A stretch of 64,000 bases of DNA. It comes from the human T2T-CHM13v2.0 reference genome, Homo sapiens. Both the position numbers and the translations under genes were made by a program. The notes under the pieces were generated by a model. It saw only the letters and a list, made by a program, of their open reading frames with translations, was not told the origin of the DNA and did not search any database. This document shows, in pieces, positions 41,072 through 64,000 of this stretch; positions within the stretch are counted from its first letter, which is position 1, and each line of letters opens with the position of its first letter. The stretch is taken from assembly GCF_009914755.1 (NCBI RefSeq), contig NC_060928.1; one strand, written 5' to 3'.

Positions 41072-41302
41072 ACACACATCCCTCGATTTTCTCATGCCTC
41101 CTCAAAGGTCACTTTTCCTCATCACATTACTTACTCCCCTCTAGTACTCTGTATTCTTTTACTCTGTTTTATCTTTTTCCAAAGCACTTATCATAATCTA
41201 ACATACTTTTTGTTTTACTTATCTATTTCCTTTATTTTCTCTCTTCCTCACTAGATTGTAAATCCTGTAAAAGTAGGGATTTTTGTCTGTTGTGTTAACT
41301 CC

Positions 41303-41884
41303 TGATGCAGGATTTTTCTCAGTCCCTTTGCCAGTCAAGGACCTCTGGCTGGTGATGCCCCTGCCTGGGCCTTGCTCAGGGCATGCTACCTGCTGCAGGA
41401 GATGGCCTGCTCACTTGGCCCGTCTGGGCCAAGTCTTGCTTGCACATCAGTTCCCGAGTTCTTGTCTCACATCCAGGAAGAATGAGAATATGTTGACAAC
41501 TGAAAAGTGAGCAAGGCGGGGAGTTTTCTTGAGTGTTGAAATAGCTTTCAGGGGTGAGGAGATGTGGGGGTTGTCCTCCTACCTTAAGACAGGAAAGTGC
41601 CCTGTATATGGCTGAGTCCAGGGCTTTTATGGGATCAGAATGGGGAAGTGCAGGCCATAGGTAGTATTGGGAAAGGCAATATTTGATTGGTTAAAATGCA
41701 CTATTCAGAAAGAATCAATTGGGAAAGGGCAGGCAAACAGAAATAGAAGTTCTCTGGGTTGTGGATTTCATTTGTAACCAGCAGTCTGGTCTTTCAGCCT
41801 TCAGGCTGTTTCTGGCTTGAAGGTGGTTTCACTGGGGACCCACCCCTATCTGCCTGGGCATTTGGCTTCCTCCTGTTGCCATCA
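41303..41884 (-). mobile_element. ERV1 solo LTR (MER50/LTR28-like)
   Basis: TGA...TCA termini; minus strand starts tgatggcaacaggaggaagccaaatgcccaggcagataggggtgggtcccc. Confidence 0.65.
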
Positions 41885-41954
41885 CTTCTATAGCTCTAAT
41901 ACCTATATCATACTGGTAAATGTTACTGGATTGAATAAAACCATCAACACTTAT

Positions 41955-42130
41955 TTTATTATAATTATTTGCTTTTAGAGACAAAGTCTCACTGTGTTGC
42001 CTAGGCTGCAGTGCGGTGACTATTCACAGGTGTGATAATGGCACAGAACAGCTTTGAACACTTGGGCTCAAGTGATCCTCCCTCTTGCCTCAGCCTCCCA
42101 AGTAGCTGGGATTATAGGTGTGCATCTGGC
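41955..42130 (-). mobile_element. Monomeric Alu (FLAM/FAM-like)
   Basis: Single 7SL-derived arm containing gactattcacaggtgtgat. Confidence 0.7.
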
Positions 42131-42738
42131 TTGCAATCAACGTTTTAAAGCATTATCTTTGGCATAGAGACAAATGCTTATTTTATTTGTTGTGACAGAA
42201 CAAGCATTCTGTTCATCTAAAAGTTGTATCATGTCATTTAAGTTCAAATGAAGTCTAAGCGTAGCTGGAGAGAGTTGATGGTTTTAAATAAATTGTATTT
42301 AATCTGTTAAGGGCCTATTACATTTCCACTCACAATGGATTCTTACAGTGGTAGATATGATGTGAATTTTGAATAAATTCAATTTTTTTTTGTAAAATAA
42401 AAGATAATTATATCTCAATATAACCCTTAAAAATTCTTAAACATTCTCAACAGATTTCTCATTAAATTAAAACAGAATATAGTTTTGGCTATTAGTATAA
42501 TGTGATCATGGGTTGTTCTGAGGCTTTAGTTTAGTAAAATAACCTCCTGATATATTTCAAAGAGCAAGTTAATTCAACTCTTTCCTCACGTTACAAATTG
42601 TTAAATATATGTACACACTTATTCCAATTAGCCATGAGAAATACTTAGAGAATATTGATAAAATACACAAAAATCTCCTTTTTCCATTTAATGCTGCATG
42701 TCATTAACTATTCTTTATAAATATGGTTGTAATTGTAA

Positions 42739-43129
<391 letters not shown>

Positions 43130-43372
43130 TATTTTTTTCTGTTATAAATAAGACTTTGATGATCATCCTAGGACATAATTCTTTGAATGTATCTCTGTTA
43201 TATATATATTTTGGCTAGAGTCCTAGGTATAGAATTAATTAATCAAATGATATAAGCATTTAAAATTTTCTTGCTCCATAATTGTCACATTTTGCAGAAA
43301 GGTTGCATCACTTTTTACTTCTATTAGCAATATGTTAGTGCATCTCATCCTTCTCATATCAGCACTGAATTT

Positions 43373-43830
43373 TTTTATTGTGGTAAAATATACCATAAAC
43401 ATATGGTAACATAATGTTTACCATTTTAGCCATTTTTAAGTGTACAGTTCTGTGACATTAAGTGTATTCACATTGTTGTGCAACCATCATCACCATGCAT
43501 CTCCAGAACTTTTTCCTCTTCCTAAACTGAAACTCTGTCCACATGAAACACTAACTTTCTCTTCTCCCCACGACCACAGGCAACACCCTTCTACTTTCTG
43601 TCTGTATGAATTTAACTACTCTAGGTACCTCATATGGGTGGAATCACATCTCTCCTTTTGTGATGGGTTTATTTAATTAATTGCCTTCAAGGTTTATCCA
43701 CGTTATGGCATCTGTCAGAATTTCCTTCCTTTTTAGGGTTGAATAATATTTCATTGTATGTATATAGCACATTTTGTTTTTCCATTCATCTTTCAATGGA
43801 GACTGGGGTTGCTTTCACCTTTTGGCTATT
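43373..43830 (-). mobile_element. L1MB-like 3' end
   Basis: ttttattgtggtaaaatata...aagtgtacagttctgtgacattaagtgtattcacattgttgtgcaaccatc. Confidence 0.8.
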
Positions 43831-45689
43831 CAGCATTGAATTTTAAAAAGACTCTACCCTAGTTTTAATTGTATTTATTTGATTTATTGTAATACTGAAC
43901 ACATACACACACAAACACACAGATTTTGCCCCTGAGTAGCTATTTGTATTTTAAAATTGATTATGCTAAATTTGTCACTCACTTTAGTAGGTATTGTCTG
44001 TAAGCAACATAGGAATGTATTAAGCTAAGAACATATCATTTATGTTTATATCCAGGGAGAAAAGTTTTAATATCTTGTCATATATCCTTTTTTTGTTTTG
44101 TTTTGTTTTTGCAATTAGCTACAGTTGCCTTTAGGTGGCATTAGATCCTTGGGCATGTGTTACAGAGATTTTTGCTTATTGGATGTGTGTATGTATGTTT
44201 TGACAGCTTGATGGATTTAAAAGCTGATCCAAATGTTATTTGAGGTCTAGAATGAAATATAAATTAATATAGAAGCTAGGCATCCTGAGACCTCTTTCAT
44301 TATGCAACTACATGTTGACTAAATGATGTCTTCCTTTTTTTTTCTACAACAAATATTCTCCAGTTCTTTGCCTTGGATTAGATACTTTTAGAACAAAAAT
44401 CTTAAAAATGTTCTGAAGTTCAATGTGAGGTTCTAAGCAAAATGGAGACTATTGTTTGGCCCAAATTTTGTAAAAGTTTGGATTGAAAGGGAGTTCTTTC
44501 ATGTATGTAAGAAATCCCTTATACCTATTTTTCTGAATCAACACTTCAGACATCAGCATTTACCATGGTTGGCATAATGGAAGCTTAAGCCAAATATTTA
44601 GCAATAAAGGATGTGGAGAAATTGCCATCTGTATGGATTCCGGTATTTGGAATCATACATATTATCATTCATATTATCACTTTTTTGCTACTTCATTCAG
44701 AATTCATGTTTCTGAAAGACACTATTAAAAAAATTCTCAAGGCACTTTGGTTCCTTTAAAAGATGCCTTCCTTTCAGGAAAAGAGAGTCAGATTTTAGCA
44801 CATTTTACTTGGTTGTCATGGGTTTGACTGGGGCTTGGGGGGTCAAGGGATTTGCCTGGGGTCTCAGGTTGGTGACTTTGTGGCTAGCCTCCTCTACACT
44901 GTGTTGGAATCAGCTGGCTCCAAGATCCTTGTTCTGTCTTCCCACTAGACCACATTGTCTTCCAAATGAAACCACAGTAGTGCTGAAAGCAGGAAGGAAA
45001 CTCTTCAACTCACTTGTTTTATAAAAACTTCTTTTAAGGCAAGGACAGGGAACAGTAAGAATAGCCTTATTCACAGGCGAGTGACTTGAGCCATCTCTGC
45101 CTTTTGAATGTTAGCTTTTTCTTTAATAAATTACTCCTGAAAATACTGTTTGTAAAGATCAATGAAATACTTCCTATATATGTTAGTGATAGTTTTTCTT
45201 TTCAAGAAAACGTGTTGTTATCATGTCTAGGGTAGAGAGCTAACGAACTTTGAAAACCCATTATGTGGCAGGTGACTTACACTTGTTATCTCAAATAATA
45301 TTCACAGTAACCCACAATAACATTGCAAATAAGCACGACTAATTCCATTTTATTGGAACAGAACTGGAAGTTCAGAGAGAGTTTTCTTCAAAAAGAAAAA
45401 CTTGTTTAAATTCCCACAACTAGTAAATGAGAGAATCAAGATGATGGTCCATTCCTATTGAATGCATGTGGAAATAGGAAGAATTTTTTTAAGTTTGAGA
45501 CATATTTCTTTGCCTATCCCAGATTGACATCTTTTGAATCCATATAAAATTTCACAACTTTTCTTAATAGTCTCAGATTACAATTAATGAATTTTAGATG
45601 CAGTTCACAAATTTTTTCTTTTCTATAGTTATATCTTAACCATAATCAGCAGCATCTTATAATTTTTCACTGAATTTGTAATTAGTCTA

Positions 45690-46148
45690 TGTAGGGGGTC
45701 GAGGGATATGGGGCTGATCAAGGAACAGGATGTCCACAAGAGAGGCAGTGACAAGTTTGTTGGTGCTTGGCCAGGGTTGCATGAGAGGAGAAGTCCCTCA
45801 CAGCCTTACTGGTGAGGGAGGAGGACAAGGGAGAGAGAGATTGGAGAGGAAGCTTACATAGAGTCTCTGGGTCAGAGAGCCCAGCTTGGCTTGAGGCCTT
45901 ATAACTACACGGCCCTGTCTTATGAATAGGTAACAGCTGCTGGGTGAGATTTTGCGGGGTATGCAAAGCAGACAGGCTCTAAGCAGCTAAACTTTTCTTG
46001 GTCAGGCTATTTTTAAAATAACTGGATGTGTAAAAATTTAAGTTTGGTGTCAGTGGGCTTTTGAGCTAATGGGTCTCAGCCTGCAGTGGAGAAACAACCA
46101 ACTTTGAGGCTAATATACAGAGGCTATCTTTGGCTGATTTATGTAACA
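45690..46148. mobile_element. Solo LTR with 5-bp TSD (probably ERVL class)
   Basis: TGTAG...TAACA termini flanked by GTCTA on both sides (45685-45689, 46149-46153). Confidence 0.7.
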
Positions 46149-47466
46149 GTCTATCCCAAGGCACTAGAAGTATTTAACTGTTTTGGGAAAAGATAATAGC
46201 TTTTGATCATAGAAAGTATGTGATTCAACTAAACTAATAGTTTATTAGTTCAATGATATTACTCTCTGTGGTTTTATTTACCTATACTTGTATACAGAAC
46301 AAATACTATTTATAATAAAGGGAAGTAAGTACCCCACCTTCAAATATAATTTTATTCCAGTGTTTAGTATATATGCTGCTGAAATGAGCACAATTTTATT
46401 CCAAAGAATTGAATAACATATTCAAATATTTCTGCCTCCAGCTACAGCCACTTAAGGATTCATGGTTTGATAGCAGTAACATGTTTAACATATTTTTATC
46501 CATATATGTTTGAATTACATAAACAATGTTTCATCAATATGAAAAGTATAATAAAACCTTAAACTCCTTTTCCATTTTGTAGGTATATATATATGTTTGT
46601 CTTTGGTTCATGAAAGCAATTCCTATTTTGCTATGAGAAGTTACTAGTTCAATTGGAACTCAGAATATTTACAGCTATGTAAGACTGTGGGCCCTCTGCT
46701 GTTTTGCATGCTGGCCCTGATGTTGCTGGCAGCTCAAGACATCCTCCTGTGTTCAGGCTCATCCAGGCACCAGCTTCTGTGCTCCCAAATTTCAGGGGAC
46801 ACGTGTCACGTTTCTGTAAGAACTCTTACTGTACACTGCATTGTGATCTGGTTGTACCTTGGGTCTGTGTATCTGCAGTGATTCTCTACCCTTCAGATTC
46901 CATGAAAGAAATCTGCTATCAAATGAATTGCTAGGCTTTTGGTGGGCACTGGTTGCTGGACCAGTGTGGCTACCTTGAAAGGAATGTGTCTAATTTCTCT
47001 CTTTGAATGTGTGGGCCCTTATGCCACCTATCTCAAATTTGAGGCCTCGTCGGACCCTCTAAGATTCCCAGGGAGGCCTCATCAGACCCTCTAAGGTTCC
47101 CAGAAACTATCCCACTTGTCATTCTATGATTTATATAGAAGATTATTTACTGGACTAGAAAAATATGCTTATGAAGAACAAGCGGGAACTAACATTTGTT
47201 GAGTGTATTATATGAATTACCACATTTACTCTTCATGAAAACCCTAAAAAATAGGAATCGTTTTTTTCTTTTTTATTGATCATAGGTAGAGGAGACTCTA
47301 CCTATGATTAAAGTGATGATCCAAATTGAGATCTGTTTGACTTTGAAATATGGGCACTGAAATTATTAGCATTTAAAAAATATATCAATAACCATTTCCC
47401 CTTTAAATAATACTAAGACAGAAATTGCATTAAACCAATTAGAGATTTTTAAATATTTGAAAAGGA

Positions 47467-49388
47467 ATCAATAAATATGATACATCATATAAACAGAATT
47501 TGGACAAAAACCATATGATCATCTCCATAGACACAGAAAACGCATTAGATAAATGAATTTTAAAAGATAAAATTCAGCATACCTTCATGATAAAAATCCT
47601 TGACAAACTAGGCATAAAAGTACCATACCTGAACATAAGAAAGGCTGTTTATGACAAACCCACAGCCAAAATCACACTTAATAAGAAAAAGTCGAAAGCA
47701 CTTCCTCTAAGAACTGGAACAAGTCAAGAATGCCCACTTTCACCACTCTTATTCAACATACTACTGGAAGTCTTCGCCAGAGCAATCAGGCAAGATAAAG
47801 AAATAAAACGCATCCAAATTGGAAGAGAGAAAGTCAAATTATTCCTGTTCACTGATGATATGATTTTATATCTAGAAAACCCTAAAGATACCACCACAAA
47901 CTCTTGGATTTGATAAATAAATTTAGTCAAGTTTCAGGATACAAAATTAATGTACAGAAACACTAGCATTTCTATACACCAATACCAATTTGGCTGAGGA
48001 CCAAATCAAGAAGGCAATTCCATTTATAATAGCTAAAAATAATAATGAAATACCTAGGAATATATTTAACCAAGGAGGTGAAAGATCTCCATAAGGAGAA
48101 CTACAAAACACTGATGAAAGAAATCGTAGATGACACAAACAAATGGAAAAATATCCCATGCTCATGGATTAGGAGAATCAATATTGTTAAAATGATCAAA
48201 AAGCCCAAAGCAATCTACAGATTTAATAAAGTCCCTATCAAATTATCAATGTCATTTTTCACAGAATTAGAAAAAAGCAATTGTAAAAATCACATGACAC
48301 CAAAAAAGAGCCAAATAGCCAAAGCAACCCTAAGCAAAAACAACAAAGCTGAAGGCATTACATTAGCTAACTTCAAATTATACAGGAGTATAGTAACTGA
48401 AACAGCATGGGACTGGTATAAAAATAGACACATAGATCAGTGGAACAGAATAGAGAACCCAGAAATAAAGGCACATACCTAAAAACAACTGATCTTTGAC
48501 AAAGTCAACAAAATTTACACTGGATAAAGGACACTCTATTCAAGAAATGGTGCTGGGAAAATTGGAGAGCCATATGCAGAAGAATGAAACTGGACTGCTA
48601 TCTCTCACCATATATAAAACTTAAGATCAATTAAAGACTTAAATCCAATACCTGAAACTATAGAAATCCTAGAAGAGAAACTCTTTTGGATGCTGGCCTA
48701 GGCAAAAATTTATGACTAAGTCCTCAAAAGACAAATGGAACGAACTAAACTAAAAAACTTCTGCACAGCAGTAACTAAATAAGTAGATAAATAAATAAAA
48801 GCAACTGAATAACAGACAACCTACGAATGGGAAAAAATTTTTTGCAAACAATGCATCCATAAGGGCTAATATCCAGAATCTATAAGGAATTCAAACAACT
48901 CAACAAGAAAAAAAAATAATCCTATTAAAAAGTGGGCAAAGGACATGAACAGACATTTTCCAAAGGAAGACATATAAGTGACCAACAAACATATGAAAAA
49001 ATGCTTAACATCACTAATCATTAGAGAAATGCAAATTAAAACCACAGTGAAATACCATCTCATACCAGTCAGAATGGCTATATTTAAAAAGTCAAAAAAC
49101 AACAGATGTTAGTGAGGATGTGAAGAAAAGGTGGCCGGGCACAGTGGCTCACACCTGTAATCCCAGCACTCTGGGAGGCCACGGGTGGATCACTTGGGGG
49201 CAGGTGTTCGAGACCAGCCTGGCAGGCATGGTGGCACACGCCTGTAATCTCAGCTACTTGGGAGGCTGAGGCACAAGAATTGCTTGTACCAGGGAGGCAA
49301 AGGTTGTACTGAGCCAAGATCGTGTCTCTGCACTCCAGCCTGGGTGACAGAGACAGACTGTCTCAAAATAAAGCAAGAAAGAAAGAAA

Positions 49389-49448
<60 letters not shown>

Positions 49449-50085
49449 GAAAAGGGAATGCTTGTACACTGTTAGAATGTAAATTAGTACAACTGTTATA
49501 CAAAACTGTATGCAGATTTCTCAAAGAACTCAATATAGAACTAACATTCTATCTAGCAATCTCATTATTGGGTATACACCCAAAGAAAAATAAATCATTG
49601 TACCAAAAAGATACCGGTACTCATATGTTTATTGCAGCACTATTCACAACAGCAAAGACATGGAATCAACTTAAGTCTCCATCAACAGAGGAATGGATAA
49701 AGAAAATGTGATATATATGTATGAACACTACTCAACCATAGAAAAGAATAAAATCATGTCTTTTGCAGTAACAAGGATGGGACTGGAGGCTATTATCCTA
49801 AGTGAAATAACCCGGAAACAGAAATACTGCATGTCCTTTCTTACAAGTGAGAACTAAGCAATAGACACACAGGGACATACAGACTGAAATAATAGACACT
49901 GGAGACTCTAAAAGGTGGGAGGGCGAAAGGGGAGTGAGGGGAGAAAAATTACCTATTTAGTACAGCGTTCACTATTTGGCTGATGTGTACACTAAAAGCC
50001 CCTACTTTACCACTACACGTTATGCACATGTAAAATACCTATACTTTTACCCCCTACATGTATAAACTAAAAAAAAAATTTAAAG
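47467..50085 (+). mobile_element. 5'-truncated L1PB-like element (ORF2 RT/C-terminus and 3'UTR) containing an Alu (~49133-49370)
   Basis: ORF2 remnants [31 protein letters not shown]; TSD AAATA(T/C)TTGAAAAGGA at 47451-47466 and 50086-50101. Confidence 0.92.
49375..49450. repeat. (GAAA)n microsatellite derived from the Alu tail
   Basis: Long run of gaaa units. Confidence 0.92.
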
Positions 50086-50502
50086 AAATACTTGAAAAGG
50101 ATAACAAAACTTACACAATAACTCATTTTTAAATTTATAATATCAATTTTTACCATCTTAAGTCAATGGTTATCTTTCAGAAACTTTGTAGATAACACTA
50201 TGGAAATATGAAAAGAAAGATAATCTAGTAATATGTTCATTTGTTGAACAACGAGGGAGTTTCTTTTTATCCCTGAGCATTTTGTTTAGTAAGACTGACC
50301 TTAATTGTGCCTGTCACCTACTTTACATTAGAAAAAACATATAAGTTGCCTAAAAGCAAATTGCAACATTGTGTGTCTTTTGTTATCTCTATTTTTTAAA
50401 CCGAGGTAATACTTCAATAAAGCAATTATAATAATATATAATTATATAACAGAAAATATTATAATAAACTGCATATTTTTAAAGTGTCTACTTAGATACA
50501 TT

Positions 50503-56130
<5,628 letters not shown>

Positions 56131-56156
56131 TTTAGATGCATTTTGACATATGCCTA

Positions 56157-57932
<1,776 letters not shown>

Positions 57933-58149
57933 TTATGTACAATATTTTGCCTCCTCAGAGACAGATAATATTTTAGTAAATAATGAATTTGATTTTTTCA
58001 CTTATATTCTCAGAAAAAAAAGTGGCCAATATGTAACAACTTAAAAAATAAATCCAAATTGTGTATTTAAAATTTAAAAAAAAGAAATTCAATAGGAAAT
58101 TTCTGTTAACAAGGACATTCCAAAAGTACATGGATTTTTTTTTTTTTTT

Positions 58150-58657
58150 TAACTTCAATAAGAACAACTTTTGGAGCGGTCACTGGCAGGTTAACATGCC
58201 AACTTTTTCAACTTTGACATTCCACAGATGTCAACTCTAACACTAATGATAGAAAGTTATGAAATCTCTGACTTCCAAGGGTGAGTAATTGCAGATGGAA
58301 TCAAAATTCCCATTGCTTGCTTGCTTTTTCAAGTAAGGATTGTATCAAAAAATACCAGAATTCTCAAACAGTTTATGAGTTAGATTCTATTTGTGCCTTT
58401 TTTTTTTTCCCCAGATCATTGAGAACATCTTTGTTACTGGCACTGTCTACATGGTATTTTGAGCAGAGTTTTGCAGTGTTTCCAAGTGCTGCAGTTTCTT
58501 CCCGCAGAGAGATGGCCACTACAGACTCTAGCTGCCAGAAGAATTTCCCCCAGATCTGGAAAGTTTCTACAGTTGCTTACCTCGAATATTCACATACAGA
58601 GAGGTACTTCTTCCAAAGTGCGGTTTTCCAACAACTCCATAATGGTGAGTATGAGAC
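58150..58657 (-). pseudogene. Decayed coding segment of the same putative RGS-like gene
   Basis: ctacag| acceptor is phase-0 compatible with the 59224 donor. One frame reads VSYSPLWSCWKTALWKKYLSVCEYSR*ATVETFQIWGKFFWQLESVVAISLREETAALGNTAKLCSKYHVDSASNKDVLNDLG...EFWYFLIQSLLEKASKQWEF*FHLQLL. The 3' boundary is uncertain. Confidence 0.5.
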
Positions 58658-58659
58658 CT

Positions 58660-59200
58660 GTAGTTAGGAGTATGGGCTCCAAATTTAGACTACCAAGGTT
58701 AAAAGCTTTGCTCCACCCCCTTGCTAACCATGGTAATTTAAGCAAGTGACTTGCCTGTTTCTTCATCAGTGAGTAAAACAGTACCTATTTGATAGGATTA
58801 TTATAGGAATTAGCTTAATTCAGATAAAACCTTATAATAGGGGCATCTGCATTTTTTAGTTGTTCAAATGGCCACATATATCTGGAAGACTATGAAAAAA
58901 TCTCTTCCTTGCTGTTCGTTCTTCTGTTCATTCATTCATATATTTCTAAGTATTTACTGAGCACCCACTATGTGCTCAGCATTGTGCTGTGTGCCAGAGA
59001 TACAATGATCAGCTAAAATAGAATCAGTGCCTGGCCTCATTGAGCCCTCAGTCTAATGGGGAAGACAGATATTAATCAAATAGTCATAAACACACATGTA
59101 AAGTTGCTGTGGAGAAAAGGTATATTGTTCTGTGAGAAAAAATAATGGAGACTTAACCAATAAGAAAACATTGTTTAATCTGCAATCTTAAGACTAAGTA
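58660..59200. mobile_element. MIR-like (~58660-58830) and L2-like (~58925-59200) fragments
   Basis: MIR core-like gtaatttaagcaagtgactt...tgtttcttcatcagtgagtaaaacagtaccta; L2 tail cattcattca...tatttactgagcacccactatgtgc. Confidence 0.65.
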
Positions 59201-59223
59201 GAAGTTATCAAAGAGTTACTTAC

Positions 59224-61774
<2,551 letters not shown>

Positions 61775-62069
61775 CTATAGAACATTATAAACACTAAGGC
61801 TCAACATTCACATTGTATTCATGTCTGTCCTGATTTAATATTGACTAACACTTTAAACACTTTTTGAAGCAAGTAATGTTATTTTAAAATCGTATGTATT
61901 TGTTTTTGTTATAAATTCCTGGATGGACAGGAAAGATAACCCCCACATCATGCCTCATACATTGTAGATTAAAGTTCTTATCCTTAGATACAAATGTATA
62001 AAAAACAAAATTACTGTACTTTTTTGTTCTTTTTTTCTTCAATCTATACTTTCTCCTAATAAATTGGAG

Positions 62070-62135
62070 ATATTTGAAGCACTTAGAAATTTGAAGCACT
62101 TAGAATCTAAGTATTTGAAGCACTTAGAATCTAAA
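62070..62135. repeat. Short tandem repeat, 3 copies of atttgaagcacttagaa
   Basis: Direct inspection. Confidence 0.8.
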
Positions 62136-62473
62136 TGATGTAATATAAATAAGATTAAATTAGAATATATTTAATTGTTTTTTAGAATCAAGCATTCTCT
62201 TTAAAATTCTTTTCTATATTTATGCCATTTTAACTCATTGCATTGATTTTTAAAAAAATTACACAAATGAAAAAGAACCAGGAAAAGTTAGCTATGTGGT
62301 AGTTATGGAAACATAATAAAGTGATTATTTGAGTGAAACTCAGGGAGCAACTTGACTTAAACAAAGATATCACACCACCAATTCTACCTTCTCATTTGTG
62401 CATTATTAAATTAGATCATTCCTACAAGCATCAAATATACTATTGTTTTTCTAATCTTAAACAAATATGACTC

Positions 62474-62768
62474 TTTTTTTTTTTTTTTTTTTGAGACAGA
62501 GTGTCACTCTGTTGCCCAGACTAGAGTGTAGTGGTGTGACCTTGGCTCACTGCAATCTTTGCCTCCTGGGTTCAAGCAATTCTCCTGCCTTAGCCTCCTA
62601 AGTAGCTGGGACTACAGGTGCGTGCCATCATGCCCAGCTAATTTTTGTATTTTTAGCAAAGACAAGGTTTTGCCATGTTGACCTGGTCTCGAACTCTTGA
62701 CCTCAAGTGATCTGTCCACCTCGGCCTCTCAAACTGCTGGATTACAGGTGTGAGCCACCATGCCCAGC
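62474..62768 (-). mobile_element. Alu
   Basis: Alu dimer on the minus strand. Confidence 0.9.
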
Positions 62769-62779
62769 CAATACAACTT

Positions 62780-64000
62780 CTTTTGAGCCTACTTCTCCAG
62801 CTACTGCCCTGTGTCTCTGCCCTCCTCTGCAGCAAAAATTACTTGAAAAAGTTGCTTATACTTTCTGTCTTCTTCTTATTCAAATCAGGCTTTTCCCCAC
62901 CTGCCCCTGAACTTGCTCTCATCAGGGTAACCAGTGACCTCCATGTTGCTAAATCCAATGGCCGCTTCTCAGTTCTCCTCTAATTTGGCCTATGGGCAGC
63001 ATTTGGCAAACATTTTCTTCACTTGCTTCCAAGACACCACAGAGGCTGGTTGTCCTGTTACTTAGTTGATCCTTCATGGCTGATCTCTTTCTGTATCCTC
63101 TTCCTCTTCCTGAACATTAGCATGCTAGAATTCCATAGGCTCTGGCATGGTCCTCTACTCTCCTCTACCTCCATTCACTTCCCAAGTGATCTCATCCAGT
63201 TCCATGACTTTAAATATCATCTGTTCCCTAAGAAATTTTGCTCAACTGCTGATAACAAAGATCCAATTACAGCAGCTTTGACACAAAATAGTTCATTCTC
63301 TTCCATATTAGGAGTCAGAAGGAGGCCATCCACAGCTGATATGGCATATTCACAAGGTCATCAGAAACTCAGGCTGCTTCTGACTTTCTGTTCCATCATC
63401 TTAGCACGTGGCTTATATTCTCAAGTCTGGGACTACAGGCACGCACCACCACATCCAGCTGATTTTTGTATTTTTAGTTGAGATGGGGTTTCACCATGTT
63501 GGCCAGGATGGTCTCAATCTCTTGATCTCGTGATCCTCCCACCTCGGCATCCCAAAGTGTTGCGATTACAGGTGTGAGCCACTGCTCCCTGCCTAAATGT
63601 GAAGTTCTAAGGGGGAAGAGGAAAAAGAATATTTGGTAAGTACCTAGTAGTTTCTGCCATAACATCAATATATCAAAGAGTCCCATATTCATATTTCCAG
63701 CCCTGCACTCTTCTCCAAGCCTCAAGACCACTTACTGTGCTTGGATGCACACTTGGCAACTAAAACTTAACATGAGCAAAGCATTGCCTTTGTAATGGAG
63801 ACTCAAAGATGAATGACTGTGAGTTGAGGGAAGAATGAGGAGTGAGAAAGTGAAGACAGTGAATACAGTATAGAGAACTCTTTCAGGAGTTTTGATAGAA
63901 AGAAGAGCAGAGGAACAGAAAAATGGGAAGTAGCTGGAGGAGAATGTAAAATCTCAGGAGAATTTTGTTTCATTTTATAAAAAGAATAATATTTCAACCT
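62780..64000. mobile_element. L2 fragments with a MaLR-like piece and an Alu fragment (~63426-63592)
   Basis: L2 signature gtaaccagtgacctccatgttgctaaatccaatgg and gatctcatccagttccatgactttaaatatcatct. Confidence 0.7.

Noticed and set aside
49322-49711. 129-aa ORF with KKER repeats
   Set aside because: Read-through of an Alu tail, the (GAAA)n microsatellite and an L1 ORF2 remnant.

Overview
Primate (almost certainly human) genomic DNA. Bases 1-8.5 kb hold the 5' end of the deubiquitinase gene OTUD4 on the minus strand: CpG-island promoter, coding exon 1 with catalytic Cys45, and exon 2. The remaining ~55 kb upstream is repeat-dense, with more than 30 Alus, old L1M/L1PB pieces, a near full-length L1PA carrying a spliced 5'UTR (SpIRE97/622-type junction), an LTR10-like solo LTR with its 28-bp VNTR, other ERV1/ERVL/MaLR LTRs, an ERVL internal fragment, Tigger-family MITEs, MIR and L2. 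The main finding lies in the unique sequence between the repeats. Several minus-strand segments (~61.8-59.2 kb, 58.66-58.15 kb, possibly 47.1-46.6 kb and 44.7-44.3 kb, and 30.9-28.9 kb) read as decayed exons with splice signals and phase-compatible junctions. Their translations repeatedly follow the RGS-domain pattern, suggesting a long-dead multi-RGS-domain (RGS22/RGSL1-like) gene. This comes from manual translation and alignment by eye and needs HMM and synteny confirmation. Repeat family names and most repeat boundaries are recognised by eye and are approximate.
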